From assembly GCA_022842925.1 (NCBI GenBank), contig JALHOQ010000002.1, forward strand, positions 1 through 48,213: a stretch of 48,213 nucleotides of DNA. Direction: 5' to 3'. Shown in pieces: positions 18,539 to 29,508 of this stretch. Under the pieces are notes generated by a model that saw nothing but the letters and a program-made list of their open reading frames with translations, searched no databases and had not been told where the DNA came from. The stretch comes from Bdellovibrionales bacterium. Its GTDB lineage: Bacteria; Bdellovibrionota; Bdellovibrionia; Bdellovibrionales; UBA1609. The stretch's first letter is position 1. Every line of letters starts with the position of its first letter. Position numbers and translations under genes: made by a program.

Positions 18539-21220
18539 TCACCTTAATACGCTTAAATTTCGCGCCTGACTGTCTCGCTCTGATACGCCCGCCAGATACG
18601 GCCTCAGGAACTCGCCGGTGATACTCTGCTTAGCTTTGACGACGGCTTCGGGCGTGCCGGCGGCGACGATGCGCCCACCCCCGCCTCCGCCTTCAGGACC
18701 AAGGTCGATTACATAATCGCAAACCTTCACCACATCCAAATGATGTTCGATCACGATCACAGTGTTGTTTTGGTCCACCAGCTGTTGCAGCAAGTCCACC
18801 AGTTTGCGCACGTCCTCAAAGTGGAGGCCGGTCGTGGGCTCGTCTAAGATATAAATCGTTTGCCCAGTTCCCCGTTTCGACAGCTCCCGTGACAGTTTGA
18901 CCCGCTGGGCTTCTCCCCCACTTAGAGTGGTGGAGCTTTGACCGAGAGTCATATAATCCAAACCCACCTGATGAAGCGTCTCGAGCTTGCGATGGATCTG
19001 CCGGTGATGGGCGAAAAACTCGAGCGCCTCCTCAACCGTCATCGCTAGAATATCGGCGATCGACTTCTCTCGATAGCGGACATTTAGCACTTCGCGATTG
19101 TAACGCCGCCCCTGGCACGTTTCGCATTTCACAAACACATCGCTTAAAAAATGCATTTCAACGCGAATTTGACCCGCACCCTGGCACGATTCACAACGCC
19201 CGCCTTTGACATTGAAACTGAAGTGGCCCGGACGATACCCGCGAATTTTACTCTCAGGCAGAGTCGCGTAAAGGTCTCGAATCATCGGAAAGAGTCCGAC
19301 GTAAGTGGCCGGCACCGAGCGGGGCGTGCGGCCGATGGGCCGCTGATTGATTTCGATCACCTTATCGATGTGTTCCATTCCGGAAACTTTTTTGAATGGA
19401 GCCGGCTTGAGCGACGATCCGTTAAATTCCTTCGCTAGCAGCCGGTACAAGGTGTCGATCACCAAGGTCGACTTACCCGATCCGCTGACCCCGGTCACCG
19501 CGGTCAGGGTGCCTAAAGGTAGCTCGAGCGAGACGTCTTTCAAATTATTGCCGGTCGCGCCTTCGACCCGCAGCCATTCGCCTGTGCCCTTGCGTCGCGA
19601 CTTTGGCAGAGCGATCTTTTTCTTTCCCGATAGGTACTGCCCCGTGAGCGAGGCCGAATCGCGCACCAGATCCTGCGGATGCCCCACGGCCAGAATCTCG
19701 CCGCCTAGGCGGCCCGCGCGCGGGCCCATATCAATTAAATGGTCGGCCATGCGAATCGTTTCCTCATCGTGCTCCACCATTAGAACCGTATTACCCCGGT
19801 CGCGGATTTCTTGAATCATCTGCAAGAGCCGACCATGATCCCGCGGATGCAGGCCGATGCTCGGTTCGTCGAGAACGTAGAGCACACCCACCAACCCGCT
19901 ACCGACCTGGGTGGCCAAGCGAATCCGTTGCGCCTCACCGCCCGATAGAGTCCGGGTCGGGCGTGACAGACTTAAGTAGCCGGCGCCCACACGATTTAAG
20001 TAATCCACACGGTAGGAAATCTGCTGCAGAATTTTTTCGCCGATCTTTCTCTGTCGCGAGTTTAACACCATCCCGTCAATCCAGGCCTTGATCTCGCTCG
20101 CCGGGAGCTCTGACACGTCGGCGATATTGTAAAGCCCGATCCGCACATGGCGGGCATTCGCATTCAATCGCGTGCCCTTACAATCTGGGCAGAGCACGAT
20201 CGCATATTCATCGATCGTTTCTTCGTCCTCGTCATCGCGGCCCTCGCCGCCGATCCGCTTATTTTTAAAGTAAAAGCGAGTCACCTTGGTCTGCCGGCGC
20301 TCACCCGGGTCACCGGTCCACGTGCCCTCCGACTCGACTTCCTGAAAACTCAAATTGCCAATTCCATTGCACGTTGGGCACGCGCCCCGCGGATTATTGA
20401 AGCTGAACAAGCGTGGCTCCAAATCCGGAACCGCATGTCCACACTCGGGACACGAGCGATGGATCGAGTAGACGTCAATCTTGCCGCCGTCCACGGCCTC
20501 CACTTTCACCAGGCCACCGGCCAAACTAAGAGAGAGATTTAGGCTCTCTTTGATTCGACTTAAGAATTTTTCTTCTACAATGAGGCGATCGACCAGCAGA
20601 TCGATGTCGTGAGTTTTATGCCGGGCCAGCTTGCCCGCCTTCTCCAGATCGATCCACTCCCCGTCGACAAAGGCTCGGGTAAAACCTTTCTTGGCCCATT
20701 TGGCGAACTCGGCTTGAAATTCACCCTTCTTGCCGCGCACGACCGGCGCCATAAGCAAAAACTTGGTGCCCTTCTTCATGGCCATAATGGAATCGACAAT
20801 CTCTTGCGGAGTCTGCCCTTCCAAGGCCAAACCGTGAGTCGGACAGTGAGGAATGCCCACACGCGCGTAAAGCAATCGAAGATAATCGTAAACTTCGGTC
20901 ACCGTGCCCACCGTGGAGCGCGGATTCGTTGAAATCGATTTTTGATCGATCGCCACCGCCGGCGAGAGCCCTTCGATGGAGTCGACCTCGGGTTTTTTCA
21001 TTTGGTCGAGAAATTGGCGCGCGTAGGTCGAGAGGCTCTCGATAAAGCGGCGTTGCCCTTCGGCAAAAATCGTATCGAAGGCCAGTGACGACTTCCCGCT
21101 GCCACTTAAGCCGGTGATCACTGTGATCCGATCGCGCGGAATAAAGGCATCGATGTTTTTTAAGTTGTGCTCGCGGGCGCCCTTAACCAGGATTCCGTCG
21201 CGATCTTTGTCGATTTCCAT
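18539..21220 (-). CDS. uvrA: Excinuclease ABC subunit A
   Basis: Two ABC ATPase modules (GLSGSGKSS, GVSGSGKST, and two LSGGEAQR signatures) and Zn-module cysteines (CPECG, CPTCNG, CPDCKG, CESCQG, CETCQG). At 893 aa it is shorter than typical UvrA (see finding). The SD (GGAG) overlaps the stop of the upstream Fur-family gene. Confidence 0.95.
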   Translation of the reverse strand: MEIDKDRDGILVKGAREHNLKNIDAFIPRDRITVITGLSGSGKSSLAFDTIFAEGQRRFIESLSTYARQFLDQMKKPEVDSIEGLSPAVAIDQKSISTNPRSTVGTVTEVYDYLRLLYARVGIPHCPTHGLALEGQTPQEIVDSIMAMKKGTKFLLMAPVVRGKKGEFQAEFAKWAKKGFTRAFVDGEWIDLEKAGKLARHKTHDIDLLVDRLIVEEKFLSRIKESLNLSLSLAGGLVKVEAVDGGKIDVYSIHRSCPECGHAVPDLEPRLFSFNNPRGACPTCNGIGNLSFQEVESEGTWTGDPGERRQTKVTRFYFKNKRIGGEGRDDEDEETIDEYAIVLCPDCKGTRLNANARHVRIGLYNIADVSELPASEIKAWIDGMVLNSRQRKIGEKILQQISYRVDYLNRVGAGYLSLSRPTRTLSGGEAQRIRLATQVGSGLVGVLYVLDEPSIGLHPRDHGRLLQMIQEIRDRGNTVLMVEHDEETIRMADHLIDMGPRAGRLGGEILAVGHPQDLVRDSASLTGQYLSGKKKIALPKSRRKGTGEWLRVEGATGNNLKDVSLELPLGTLTAVTGVSGSGKSTLVIDTLYRLLAKEFNGSSLKPAPFKKVSGMEHIDKVIEINQRPIGRTPRSVPATYVGLFPMIRDLYATLPESKIRGYRPGHFSFNVKGGRCESCQGAGQIRVEMHFLSDVFVKCETCQGRRYNREVLNVRYREKSIADILAMTVEEALEFFAHHRQIHRKLETLHQVGLDYMTLGQSSTTLSGGEAQRVKLSRELSKRGTGQTIYILDEPTTGLHFEDVRKLVDLLQQLVDQNNTVIVIEHHLDVVKVCDYVIDLGPEGGGGGGRIVAAGTPEAVVKAKQSITGEFLRPYLAGVSERDSQARNLSVLR

Positions 21221-21226
21221 GAACCT

Positions 21227-21724
21227 CTACTCCGCTTGACAGCGCGGGCAGATACCGTACAGCTCAAGTACGTGATGGGTCAGCTGGAAACCGTGGTCAT
21301 TCGCCACTTTTTCTTGAAGATTCTCGATGGGCGGACACTCGAACTCCACGATCTGCCCACAGCTCACACAAGTCAGGTGATCGTGATGCCGACGCGGTGT
21401 CAGCTCATAACGGGCCGGGAGGCCCCCCATTCGCACTTCAGTCACCAAGTTTTGTTCGGCCATTTTGCGCAAAAAGCGATAAACGGTGGCAAAGCCAATT
21501 TCGGGATGGGAGGCATTCACCGTTTCGAACACTTCTTGCGCGGTGACATGCGCGCGTCCCGCGCTCAAAGACTCCAAAATGGCCAGCCTCTGCTGGGTCA
21601 CTTTTAATCCCATCTGGCGGATCATCCGCTTGAATTTGCCAGGGTCCACCGGCTCACGCCGGATCAGTTTTTCGGGTTCAAGTGGGGTTCGACCTTTGGC
21701 AAGATGAGGTACGGTGGTTTCCAT
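21227..21724 (-). CDS. Fur-family metalloregulator (Fur/Zur/PerR not distinguishable)
   Basis: A winged-helix region (LKVTQQRLAILE) and metal sites (HHDHLTCVSCGQIVEF, CPRC). The N-terminal extension of about 33 aa may be non-coding; an alternative ATG at 21625 gives MIRQMGLKVTQQR. Confidence 0.85.
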   Translation of the reverse strand: METTVPHLAKGRTPLEPEKLIRREPVDPGKFKRMIRQMGLKVTQQRLAILESLSAGRAHVTAQEVFETVNASHPEIGFATVYRFLRKMAEQNLVTEVRMGGLPARYELTPRRHHDHLTCVSCGQIVEFECPPIENLQEKVANDHGFQLTHHVLELYGICPRCQAE

Positions 21725-21775
21725 AGGTCTAAGAGCTATGGTAATTGAAAACGATTGTCAATTCTCGACTGGGAG

Positions 21776-22813
21776 TTAACGGGCCATGCCCAATTGGCTA
21801 AGCGCGGCAACATCGAGAGGTCCGCGATAGAGGCTCAAGAGCCAAGATGGAACTTCCTTCGCCTGTATCGGTTGCGCCGCGGCTGATCGCAGCCAACCCA
21901 ACTGCTCTTGAAAGCGATTAAACAGTGCCCGAAGAGCTCCGTTATCGCCAAGACCGCTTTCGACCTCGGCCAAAATCTCCTGCGTACGGTCGCGACCGAC
22001 CTTTAAAATGCGCTGCTCACTGACCGAACGCCGGGCCACGCTCACCGACTCCAGTCCCAGAAACAGCGACCAGGCACAGAAGCGGCGAAACTCCATCTGC
22101 TGTTCTGGAATATCGAGCAAAAACTCGAGAGCCGAACGCGCATTTTCGGCCGAACTAGCCTCTACAAGCTCGCGGGAGGGGATCAGATGCCGCCCGACTT
22201 TTTCATCACCGACTTGATCTTTGAGCAAATTCACCTTTTGCAAAAACAATCCGAAGTGATGAGCTCGCAGCAGATTGGCCTGAGAAAGAGGAAATCGCGG
22301 CTCGACGCAAGCCACAAGCTTAGCCAAAAGCTCACCGACCACACCCGCCACAAAGAAACAGTATTGATTCACTTCGGACAATGTTTGCAGCCGCAGATCC
22401 CCGCCGTTCTTTTTGCGGGTAAAATGCTGCATTCCGGCCGACATAATCGAGACCAGCTCACGAATGATGTCGCGAACGGGCGCCGGCAGAACCCTAAGGT
22501 CGGCAAATAGAGTGGGGGCATCTTTTAACAACAAGCGCTCGCTCGCCGGTATCGCCACTGAAAAATCCGTAATCAAGGCATCGAGAGCCTGTTCCTGACC
22601 GTCTTTAAGCAAAGCTTGATCAAACTCACGAAAAGCCGCGAGCTGCTTTTCGCCCTTCGGCCATTCGGCGTCCTCGATCGTGTCCAGTGTGCGGCAGAGC
22701 AGATAGCTCAGCGCGATCCAGTCTCTGAGCGGAGCCGGTAATTGCCTAATGCAGAAGGCGAAGCTGCGGCTGACTCGGTCGAGGTGCTGTTGATAAAATT
22801 CGGTTCGCATCAT
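21776..22813 (-). CDS. Squalene/phytoene synthase family protein
   Basis: VSRSFAFCIR and the first Asp-rich motif region CRTLDTIED. The 345-aa all-helical protein fits a trans-isoprenyl diphosphate synthase head-to-head fold. Confidence 0.75.
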   Translation of the reverse strand: MMRTEFYQQHLDRVSRSFAFCIRQLPAPLRDWIALSYLLCRTLDTIEDAEWPKGEKQLAAFREFDQALLKDGQEQALDALITDFSVAIPASERLLLKDAPTLFADLRVLPAPVRDIIRELVSIMSAGMQHFTRKKNGGDLRLQTLSEVNQYCFFVAGVVGELLAKLVACVEPRFPLSQANLLRAHHFGLFLQKVNLLKDQVGDEKVGRHLIPSRELVEASSAENARSALEFLLDIPEQQMEFRRFCAWSLFLGLESVSVARRSVSEQRILKVGRDRTQEILAEVESGLGDNGALRALFNRFQEQLGWLRSAAAQPIQAKEVPSWLLSLYRGPLDVAALSQLGMAR

Positions 22814-22848
22814 GGTCTAAGCGACTTTGAATGAGGCCCCGGACAACG

Positions 22849-23742
22849 TCAATTCAAAACCTTGACAGGAATAGGGGACGACACGTCGAGATGAACGTCC
22901 CGCTGCGGAAAGGGCACGGAGATGCCATTTTGAGCAAGCAGGTTATGGAGATTAAACCGAATTTGACTCTCGATGCCCCGCCGGAGCGGAAAGGAATTCG
23001 CCGAAATATTGTAAAGCAAATCAAAAATCAGCGCATTGTCGCCAAAGTCGGCAAAAATGACACTGGGCTGGGGATGGGTCAGAACTCCCTCGATGCCGGC
23101 CACAGACTCGAGCAGCACCTTGCGAACAATCTCCGGATTACTCGTATAGCCCACGCCAATGGTGACCTTGGTTCCGACCGTGGAGTTGCGGGTCCAATTG
23201 ATCAGATTTTTTTCAATAAACGAAGTATTGGGAACAATAACTGAAGCGTTGGTTACGGTCAGAACAGAAGTGGAACGAATGCCAATACTGACCACGTGTC
23301 CACTGACCCCGTCGACCTCTACAAAGTCGCCGACGCGGATCGGTCGCTCCACCATAACGAGAATCCCGCTGATAAAATTATTCACCAGATTCTGCGAAAC
23401 AAAAACAATCCCCACGGCCAAAGCCCCGCCGATAACGGTAAATATGGTGATGGGAACATTTAGCGAGCGCAGGGTAAACATGGTCGTAATAAATAGAAGA
23501 ACGTAGAAAATAAACCGACGAAATGTGTAGCGCAGGGAGGCTTCGAGATTTAAGCGCCCCAACACACGATCGTCGACTTCGCGCGCCGCACGGCCTGAAA
23601 GCCAATAGCCTAAAATTAATAGGACAATTCCCGTAAGCAGCTTGGCCACGGAGACCGCGTTGCCGTCGAGCTCAAAGAGTTTGTAATCCAACATCGCCGC
23701 AATTTGCCGAAGAAATTCGCCCCAAGTTTTTTCTGCATCCAT
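22849..23742 (-). CDS. Mechanosensitive ion channel (MscS family)
   Basis: Three N-terminal TM helices, followed by the conserved beta-domain motif RPIRVGDFVEVDGVSGHVVSIGIRSTSV. The start ATG directly abuts the stop of the upstream AsmA-like gene. Confidence 0.85.
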   Translation of the reverse strand: MDAEKTWGEFLRQIAAMLDYKLFELDGNAVSVAKLLTGIVLLILGYWLSGRAAREVDDRVLGRLNLEASLRYTFRRFIFYVLLFITTMFTLRSLNVPITIFTVIGGALAVGIVFVSQNLVNNFISGILVMVERPIRVGDFVEVDGVSGHVVSIGIRSTSVLTVTNASVIVPNTSFIEKNLINWTRNSTVGTKVTIGVGYTSNPEIVRKVLLESVAGIEGVLTHPQPSVIFADFGDNALIFDLLYNISANSFPLRRGIESQIRFNLHNLLAQNGISVPFPQRDVHLDVSSPIPVKVLN

Positions 23743-26640
23743 TTAGTTACCCAAAATCCCTTTCAAAAGCTTTTCGCCCTCTTTACGCAGGGACTCCCCG
23801 CCGTCTTTTTTGACTTTCTCAATCAGTTTGTTTTTTTCGCATTCGAGCAGGCGCCCGGCCAATTTTCCGGCGGTGTCCGTGACCATAGACATCTGCGGTT
23901 GCATAAGATTGCCTTTGATCGCGATCGGCACCACCAGGCGGCCCTTGGCGTCGGCATTGCCCTCAAGCAAGCAGCCTTTGACACCGGAATTCGCCCACAT
24001 AAAATTGCCGATCAAATCGCCCTGCATGCTCGAGATCACGATCTTGCCCTTCAGTTCCAGCTCGGACGTATCTTCTTCTCGGGCAAAGAGCGGTGCGAGC
24101 GTCATCGTCTGCGCGGCCAGAGTGTAATCCATTTGCACCATTCCCTTAAGCGGGTCGACTTTGGCCGGTGGAAGCTTTACGCCGGGAATTTTTCCCATCA
24201 GGTCATTTAAGATCTGCCCGATCTTGACCGTGTTCAAGGTGATCGGCTCGAGGATGATCTGCCCTTTCGACTTCAACTCATCCATAAACCGCGCGTCCGC
24301 GGGCAAATGAGTTGAGAAGCTGAGACTTCCCCGCGCGCGCCCGGTGGCCATGGTCTTATACTCGGGCTTCACGAACTCGAGCGCGTCCTGCACGATAACT
24401 TGCTGCAAGGCCATTTGCCCCTGGATCGTCGGGAGTGGTTCGAGTAGAGGCACGTTCAGCCCTGTCAACTGCACCTTGCCACCGAAAATCTCCGCGATCG
24501 AAACCGTTCCGGTGAATTTTCCGCCCGCGATCCGGCCCGCCGCCGCAAGACCCTTTACGGTTAGCTTGTCTTTACGCAAAACCCCGATCTCCGCACCCAC
24601 CTGCAGACCGAGTTTTGCGGTCAGCGGACCTTTGGGCAAAAAGCCCTTTGGCTCGCCCGCTGCGACGGACCCGGCGCCGCCCCCACCACTTACATCTCCC
24701 GCCGCCCCCGCCGGAGCGGTGGCAATCAAATACTCGGGCAGATTCACGTTCACTTCTCCGCCCACCACCAGCGGCCACTGCGGCCAGGCCTGATCGAGCG
24801 CCAGCTCGCCGTTGAGTACCAGTCGACTCGTGACCGAGCCCTTAGGGATCAGATCACGAAACTCCGGCATCGCCACTCGGAGTTCAGACAGATCCAGAGG
24901 CTTGCTTTCCAGCCGCAGATTCACTTTTGGCCGTTTGGGTTCGCTGACTCGCCCGGTGACGCGAATGTCGCCCAAAAAGCCTTTTACCGAGAGCGGTTCG
25001 AGCTGGAGAGCCGAACCCTCGGTTTTCAGATTGAAGCTGACGGCGAGAGCCTGACGGGGCTCTTTACGTAACGGTCCGGCCACCAAAGCCAATCCGCTCA
25101 GCTGAACTTGTCCGCTTCCCTGCAGAGCTTTCGGTGCACCCTTATCGATTTCGCCCTGCACTTCAACCGAGGCCGTGACCGGGCCGCGGGCTTTGAGTGA
25201 ACCCTGTCCCTCGTAAGTTACGTCGGCCGAAAAATTTTTGAGTGAGAGTTTCTTGATGCGAATGACGGAACTCCAGGGATCGTTCAGCGGACCACTGTAT
25301 TCCGCCTGGAGAGCGGCGTCCCCTTGCACGGGCGATTTTCTCAACGGCAATAGCACGGCTTCGAGACCCTTGAGCGACGTGGCCGGTAGATCGATCGCGA
25401 GCTGACCCGAATAGGGCGCCTGAGGCACCACGGTCCCACTGACATTGGCCACGAACTGCCAAAAACGAGCCTCAAGCTTCTTAATTTCCATTTTCAGTTG
25501 ATCACCCGTGACCACGGTTTCCACTTTGAGCGGTACATTGGGCGGCTTATTGACCAAATCGCCATAGACCACGGTCGCGGAAGACAGATCGACGATCCCG
25601 TTCAACTCGGGAAGCGAAAATTTCTGGTCCTGATAGATAAATTTACCAGTCAAATCGACCGTGGCCGGGCCGTCGACCGAGATTTTGTCCTTCTGCCATT
25701 TGATTTTCGCCTTCACGGCCTGCGCTTTGGCGTTGCCGGAAGCCGCCCAGGGCGCGGTCGCTCCGTCTTTCACAATTTCCGCCCGGACCTCAATGGCTCC
25801 CTGCCAATCGGTGGCCGGAATCTCAAACGGGGGCTTCGGTAGCGCTTTGAGATCGGGAGCTTTTACCTCCGCCAACCAACGGTGCCGCCCCTGACCGAGC
25901 AAGCTTGTCCCCTGAACGTTCGCGAGAAGCCCGGCGAAGCTGGCGGTCACCGATTGGGCCTTCACCGTATCCTCGCTTAAGACCAGACTGTCGCTTTGAA
26001 GCGTGATCGGCCAGCTTCCCGGCAGGTGCTGACTCGCGATACGCGCCGAAATGTTCACTTTGGCCGGCGCCTTGGCCGACATCCAGAGCTTTTGCTCGAA
26101 TTCCAAATTAAGCGCGGTCACACTTAAATCTTGCGCCCGGAATTCCCCCTCCCGTACCAGAATGGCCAGGCGGTACCGACCCGCAGTGCCTGCAGCCCCA
26201 CCCGTCGACCCAGCTGGCGCACCGTCAGCTTTAGGCGCCGTGGAAAAAGATGCGAGTGGCCCGTTCAAGATCACCTTGGGCCTGTCCAAGCGAACTCGAA
26301 TGTCATAAGGAGGAGAAAAGCTCGACACGACAACCTGCGCGCCGCCGATCTCCAAATTCACATTGGGTGCGGGAATGCGTGAAAGCCCGAGATTCACCGT
26401 AATCGGCCATTTCGGCTCGAGCCGAATTGACCCGATCTCGACCTGCAATCCTGTCTTAGCCTGGGCTTCCTTTTGAATGTAATCTTTGAGCAGACCCGAA
26501 TTGATCGCAAAAAACGCCACCACAACGCCAACAATAAGAGAGAGAAGTGCGTAGGCTAAGTACTTCAAGGTTGAACCCTTTCGATGTTGCCTTTCGAGTA
26601 TAGGGTTTTCAGCCCCCTCTGACACCGACTCTCGTCGCAA
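23743..26640 (-). CDS. AsmA-family large envelope protein
   Basis: About 940-965 aa, with a single N-terminal TM (YLAYALLSLIVGVVVAFFAI) and then a long beta-rich periplasmic region, the typical AsmA/TamB-like architecture. The track start is TTG at 26640. A TTG at 26566-26568 (giving MKYLAYALL...) with AAAGGG upstream is an equally plausible start. Confidence 0.65.
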   Translation of the reverse strand: MRRESVSEGAENPILERQHRKGSTLKYLAYALLSLIVGVVVAFFAINSGLLKDYIQKEAQAKTGLQVEIGSIRLEPKWPITVNLGLSRIPAPNVNLEIGGAQVVVSSFSPPYDIRVRLDRPKVILNGPLASFSTAPKADGAPAGSTGGAAGTAGRYRLAILVREGEFRAQDLSVTALNLEFEQKLWMSAKAPAKVNISARIASQHLPGSWPITLQSDSLVLSEDTVKAQSVTASFAGLLANVQGTSLLGQGRHRWLAEVKAPDLKALPKPPFEIPATDWQGAIEVRAEIVKDGATAPWAASGNAKAQAVKAKIKWQKDKISVDGPATVDLTGKFIYQDQKFSLPELNGIVDLSSATVVYGDLVNKPPNVPLKVETVVTGDQLKMEIKKLEARFWQFVANVSGTVVPQAPYSGQLAIDLPATSLKGLEAVLLPLRKSPVQGDAALQAEYSGPLNDPWSSVIRIKKLSLKNFSADVTYEGQGSLKARGPVTASVEVQGEIDKGAPKALQGSGQVQLSGLALVAGPLRKEPRQALAVSFNLKTEGSALQLEPLSVKGFLGDIRVTGRVSEPKRPKVNLRLESKPLDLSELRVAMPEFRDLIPKGSVTSRLVLNGELALDQAWPQWPLVVGGEVNVNLPEYLIATAPAGAAGDVSGGGGAGSVAAGEPKGFLPKGPLTAKLGLQVGAEIGVLRKDKLTVKGLAAAGRIAGGKFTGTVSIAEIFGGKVQLTGLNVPLLEPLPTIQGQMALQQVIVQDALEFVKPEYKTMATGRARGSLSFSTHLPADARFMDELKSKGQIILEPITLNTVKIGQILNDLMGKIPGVKLPPAKVDPLKGMVQMDYTLAAQTMTLAPLFAREEDTSELELKGKIVISSMQGDLIGNFMWANSGVKGCLLEGNADAKGRLVVPIAIKGNLMQPQMSMVTDTAGKLAGRLLECEKNKLIEKVKKDGGESLRKEGEKLLKGILGN

Positions 26641-26744
26641 ACACTTAATTTATGCATCGCATTTAGAGGGCTACGACGTGCCAGACTTGGCATCTTATTG
26701 CTATAAATAGAAGGTCTAAGACACTTCTTCAGCTGGGAGTCCGA

Positions 26745-29480
26745 TTGGAACGCTTGTCGTCGATCAATCATTCGAACGCCGAATACATTGAAAACTTGTA
26801 CCAAACATTTTTGCAGAACCCCGAAAGCCTGGACCCTCAATGGCAGATGTTTTTTGAGGGGGTCGCCTTCGCGCAGAATCTGCAAGGTCCAGGAACCGGC
26901 ACCTCCGCCTTTTCCGAGAAAGAGTTGTCCGCCTATAATCTGATTGAACACTATCGGAACTATGGCCACCTAAAAGCCGATCTCGACCCGCTCAAACTTT
27001 GGAAATCCGACACCTCGTCATTTGATCTCGCCCGCTTTCAGCTGACCGAAGCCGACCTGGAGCAAACATTTGCGGTCGGCAATCTGCTCGGTCTGGGCCC
27101 CGTTCCTCTGCGTGACATCATCGCCTACTTAGAAAAAGCCTACTGCCGCACCCTCACCGCGCAAGTGGCTGAGTGTCGGCCCGAAGTGCGAGATTGGTTT
27201 CGCAAGGAGATGGAGAGCGAGGTCTTTCGCCTTGAAACGGAGGAGCGCCGGGAAATTTTTCGTCAGTTGGCGCGCACCGAATCCCTCGAAAAATTTATTC
27301 ATACTCGGTATGTCGGCACCAAACGTTTTTCGGTCGAGGGCGGCGATGCTGTAATTCCCATGCTCGAACGCTGCGTAACTAAAGGCACCCAGTTGGGCGT
27401 TGAAGAAGTCGTGATTGGCATGGCTCACCGCGGTCGCATCAATGTGCTGGCTAATTTTATGAACAAAGCGATTGAGGTGATATTTTCGGAGTTCGACGGC
27501 ACCGCCTTTGAGGGCTACGATTATGATGGCGACGTAAAGTACCACCTCGGGTATTCCACCGATAAGCAGACACCCCATGGCCCCTGCCATATCTCGCTCG
27601 CCTTTAACCCTTCTCACCTCGAAGTGGTCAATCCCGTGGTCCTCGGCATGGCGCGGGCCCGTCAACGTCGCCGCCTCGATACCAAAGAGCGCAAGAAGGT
27701 CGTTCCGATTCTGATTCACGGCGATGCGGCCTTTATCGGCCAAGGCGTGGTTTTCGAAACTCTGCAGCTTTCGCGACTTTCTGGTTATACGGTCGGCGGC
27801 ACCATTCACGTGATTATCGACAATCAAGTTGGATTTACCACCGATCCCAAAGACGCGCGTAGTGTCCGCTACTCAGCGGATGGGGCGAAATCCATCAATG
27901 CGCCCATTCTCCTGGTCAATGGCGACGATGCGGAAGCCTGTGTTCGAGCCATGGATATGGCCACACGCTTTCGGCAAGAATTTGGCGAAGACGTGGTGAT
28001 TGATCTGATTTGTTACCGCCGCTTTGGTCATAATGAGGGCGACGAGCCGGCTTTCACCCAGCCTAAAATGTACGACGTGATCAAACAGCACCCCACTTTA
28101 ATGACTCAATATGGTCGACAGCTGACCGACGAGGGCGTGCTTAAGCCAGATGAAACCGAAGCTTTCTACAAAGAGAAGATCGACAACCTACAAAAGATTC
28201 TGGAGCACACCCGCAAAAACCGGCCCGTGATCAAGCCGAATGCATTTGGCGCGCAGTGGAAGGGATTTCGCCGCGGGCGTCTCGAAGATTTCGATTTGCC
28301 GGTGGACACGCGCGCCACCGCCGCGACGGTGCAAAAAGTCGCCCAGATTTTGACCGAGGAACCCGGCGGCATTCACCTGCACCCCAAAATTCAGAAGTTG
28401 ATCCATGCCCGCAAGCAAATGGTGGACTCTCAATCTCTCGACTGGGCCATGGGTGAACTCTTGGCCTATGGCACTCTCTGCGCGGAAGGGACACCCGTGC
28501 GGCTCAGCGGCCAAGACTGTAAACGCGGAACATTTACTCACCGCCAGGCCGTTTACTTCGACATCGAGACCAACGTCGAACACTGCCCGCTCTCCACCAT
28601 TAACCCTGATAAGGGAGAGTTTGTCGTGTATAACTCTCCCCTTTCCGAAATGGCGGTGGTCGGCTTTGAATACGGCAACTCCTGTTCGGATCCGACCTAC
28701 CTGACTCTATGGGAGGCCCAGTTCGGCGATTTTGTGAACGGCGCTCAAATCATCGTCGACCAGTTTTTGAGTTCCGGTGAGGAAAAGTGGATGCGCGGAT
28801 CCGGTCTGGTGATGCTTTTGCCCCATGGCTACGAGGGTCAGGGGCCCGAACATTCCAGCGCCCGACTTGAACGCTTTTTGCAACTTTGCGCCCAAGGCAA
28901 TATGCAGGTTTGCAATCTGACCACTCCAGCCAATCTCTTCCATGCCTTGCGTCGGCAAGTGAAGCGCGACTTTAGAAAACCACTCATTATTATGTCGCCC
29001 AAATCTTTGCTGCGACACCCGAAAGCCGTGTCGCCGACGCGCGAGCTGACGGATGGTGGATTTTTGGAGTGCCTGGCGGATCCGAAACATCCGGATATGA
29101 GCCGAGTCGAGACCCTGGTGCTATGCTCAGGTAAACTCTATTACGATCTCGATGAGGGCCGCGAGAAGACCTACAAAAACACGGATCAGATCGGCCTTGT
29201 GCGGGTCGAGCAGCTCTACCCGTTCCCCCGCGTGCAGCTGACTCCGTTTTTAAATGGGATGCCGAAATTGTCACGAGTGATTTGGGCCCAAGAGGAGCCA
29301 AAAAACATGGGCGCTTGGTTCTTTATGCAGCCGCGTTTGACGGAATTGCTGGGCGAGCTCGGCAAAAAAGTTCGGGTCGAATACGCCGGCCGTACCGAGC
29401 GAGCCAGCCCGGCGGTCGGATCGCCTTACCTGCATCAAAAAGAGCAAGCGGCCATCATCGAAGCTGTTTTTACGAAGTAG
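26745..29480 (+). CDS. sucA: 2-oxoglutarate dehydrogenase E1 component
   Basis: N-terminus [16 protein letters not shown], the ThDP region [23 protein letters not shown], and FGHNEGDEP. The 911-aa product starts at a TTG with GGGAG 5 nt upstream. Confidence 0.95.
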   Translation: MERLSSINHSNAEYIENLYQTFLQNPESLDPQWQMFFEGVAFAQNLQGPGTGTSAFSEKELSAYNLIEHYRNYGHLKADLDPLKLWKSDTSSFDLARFQLTEADLEQTFAVGNLLGLGPVPLRDIIAYLEKAYCRTLTAQVAECRPEVRDWFRKEMESEVFRLETEERREIFRQLARTESLEKFIHTRYVGTKRFSVEGGDAVIPMLERCVTKGTQLGVEEVVIGMAHRGRINVLANFMNKAIEVIFSEFDGTAFEGYDYDGDVKYHLGYSTDKQTPHGPCHISLAFNPSHLEVVNPVVLGMARARQRRRLDTKERKKVVPILIHGDAAFIGQGVVFETLQLSRLSGYTVGGTIHVIIDNQVGFTTDPKDARSVRYSADGAKSINAPILLVNGDDAEACVRAMDMATRFRQEFGEDVVIDLICYRRFGHNEGDEPAFTQPKMYDVIKQHPTLMTQYGRQLTDEGVLKPDETEAFYKEKIDNLQKILEHTRKNRPVIKPNAFGAQWKGFRRGRLEDFDLPVDTRATAATVQKVAQILTEEPGGIHLHPKIQKLIHARKQMVDSQSLDWAMGELLAYGTLCAEGTPVRLSGQDCKRGTFTHRQAVYFDIETNVEHCPLSTINPDKGEFVVYNSPLSEMAVVGFEYGNSCSDPTYLTLWEAQFGDFVNGAQIIVDQFLSSGEEKWMRGSGLVMLLPHGYEGQGPEHSSARLERFLQLCAQGNMQVCNLTTPANLFHALRRQVKRDFRKPLIIMSPKSLLRHPKAVSPTRELTDGGFLECLADPKHPDMSRVETLVLCSGKLYYDLDEGREKTYKNTDQIGLVRVEQLYPFPRVQLTPFLNGMPKLSRVIWAQEEPKNMGAWFFMQPRLTELLGELGKKVRVEYAGRTERASPAVGSPYLHQKEQAAIIEAVFTK

Positions 29481-29508
29481 TTTCAAGTTTTATAAAAGGG
29501 AGCATCTT

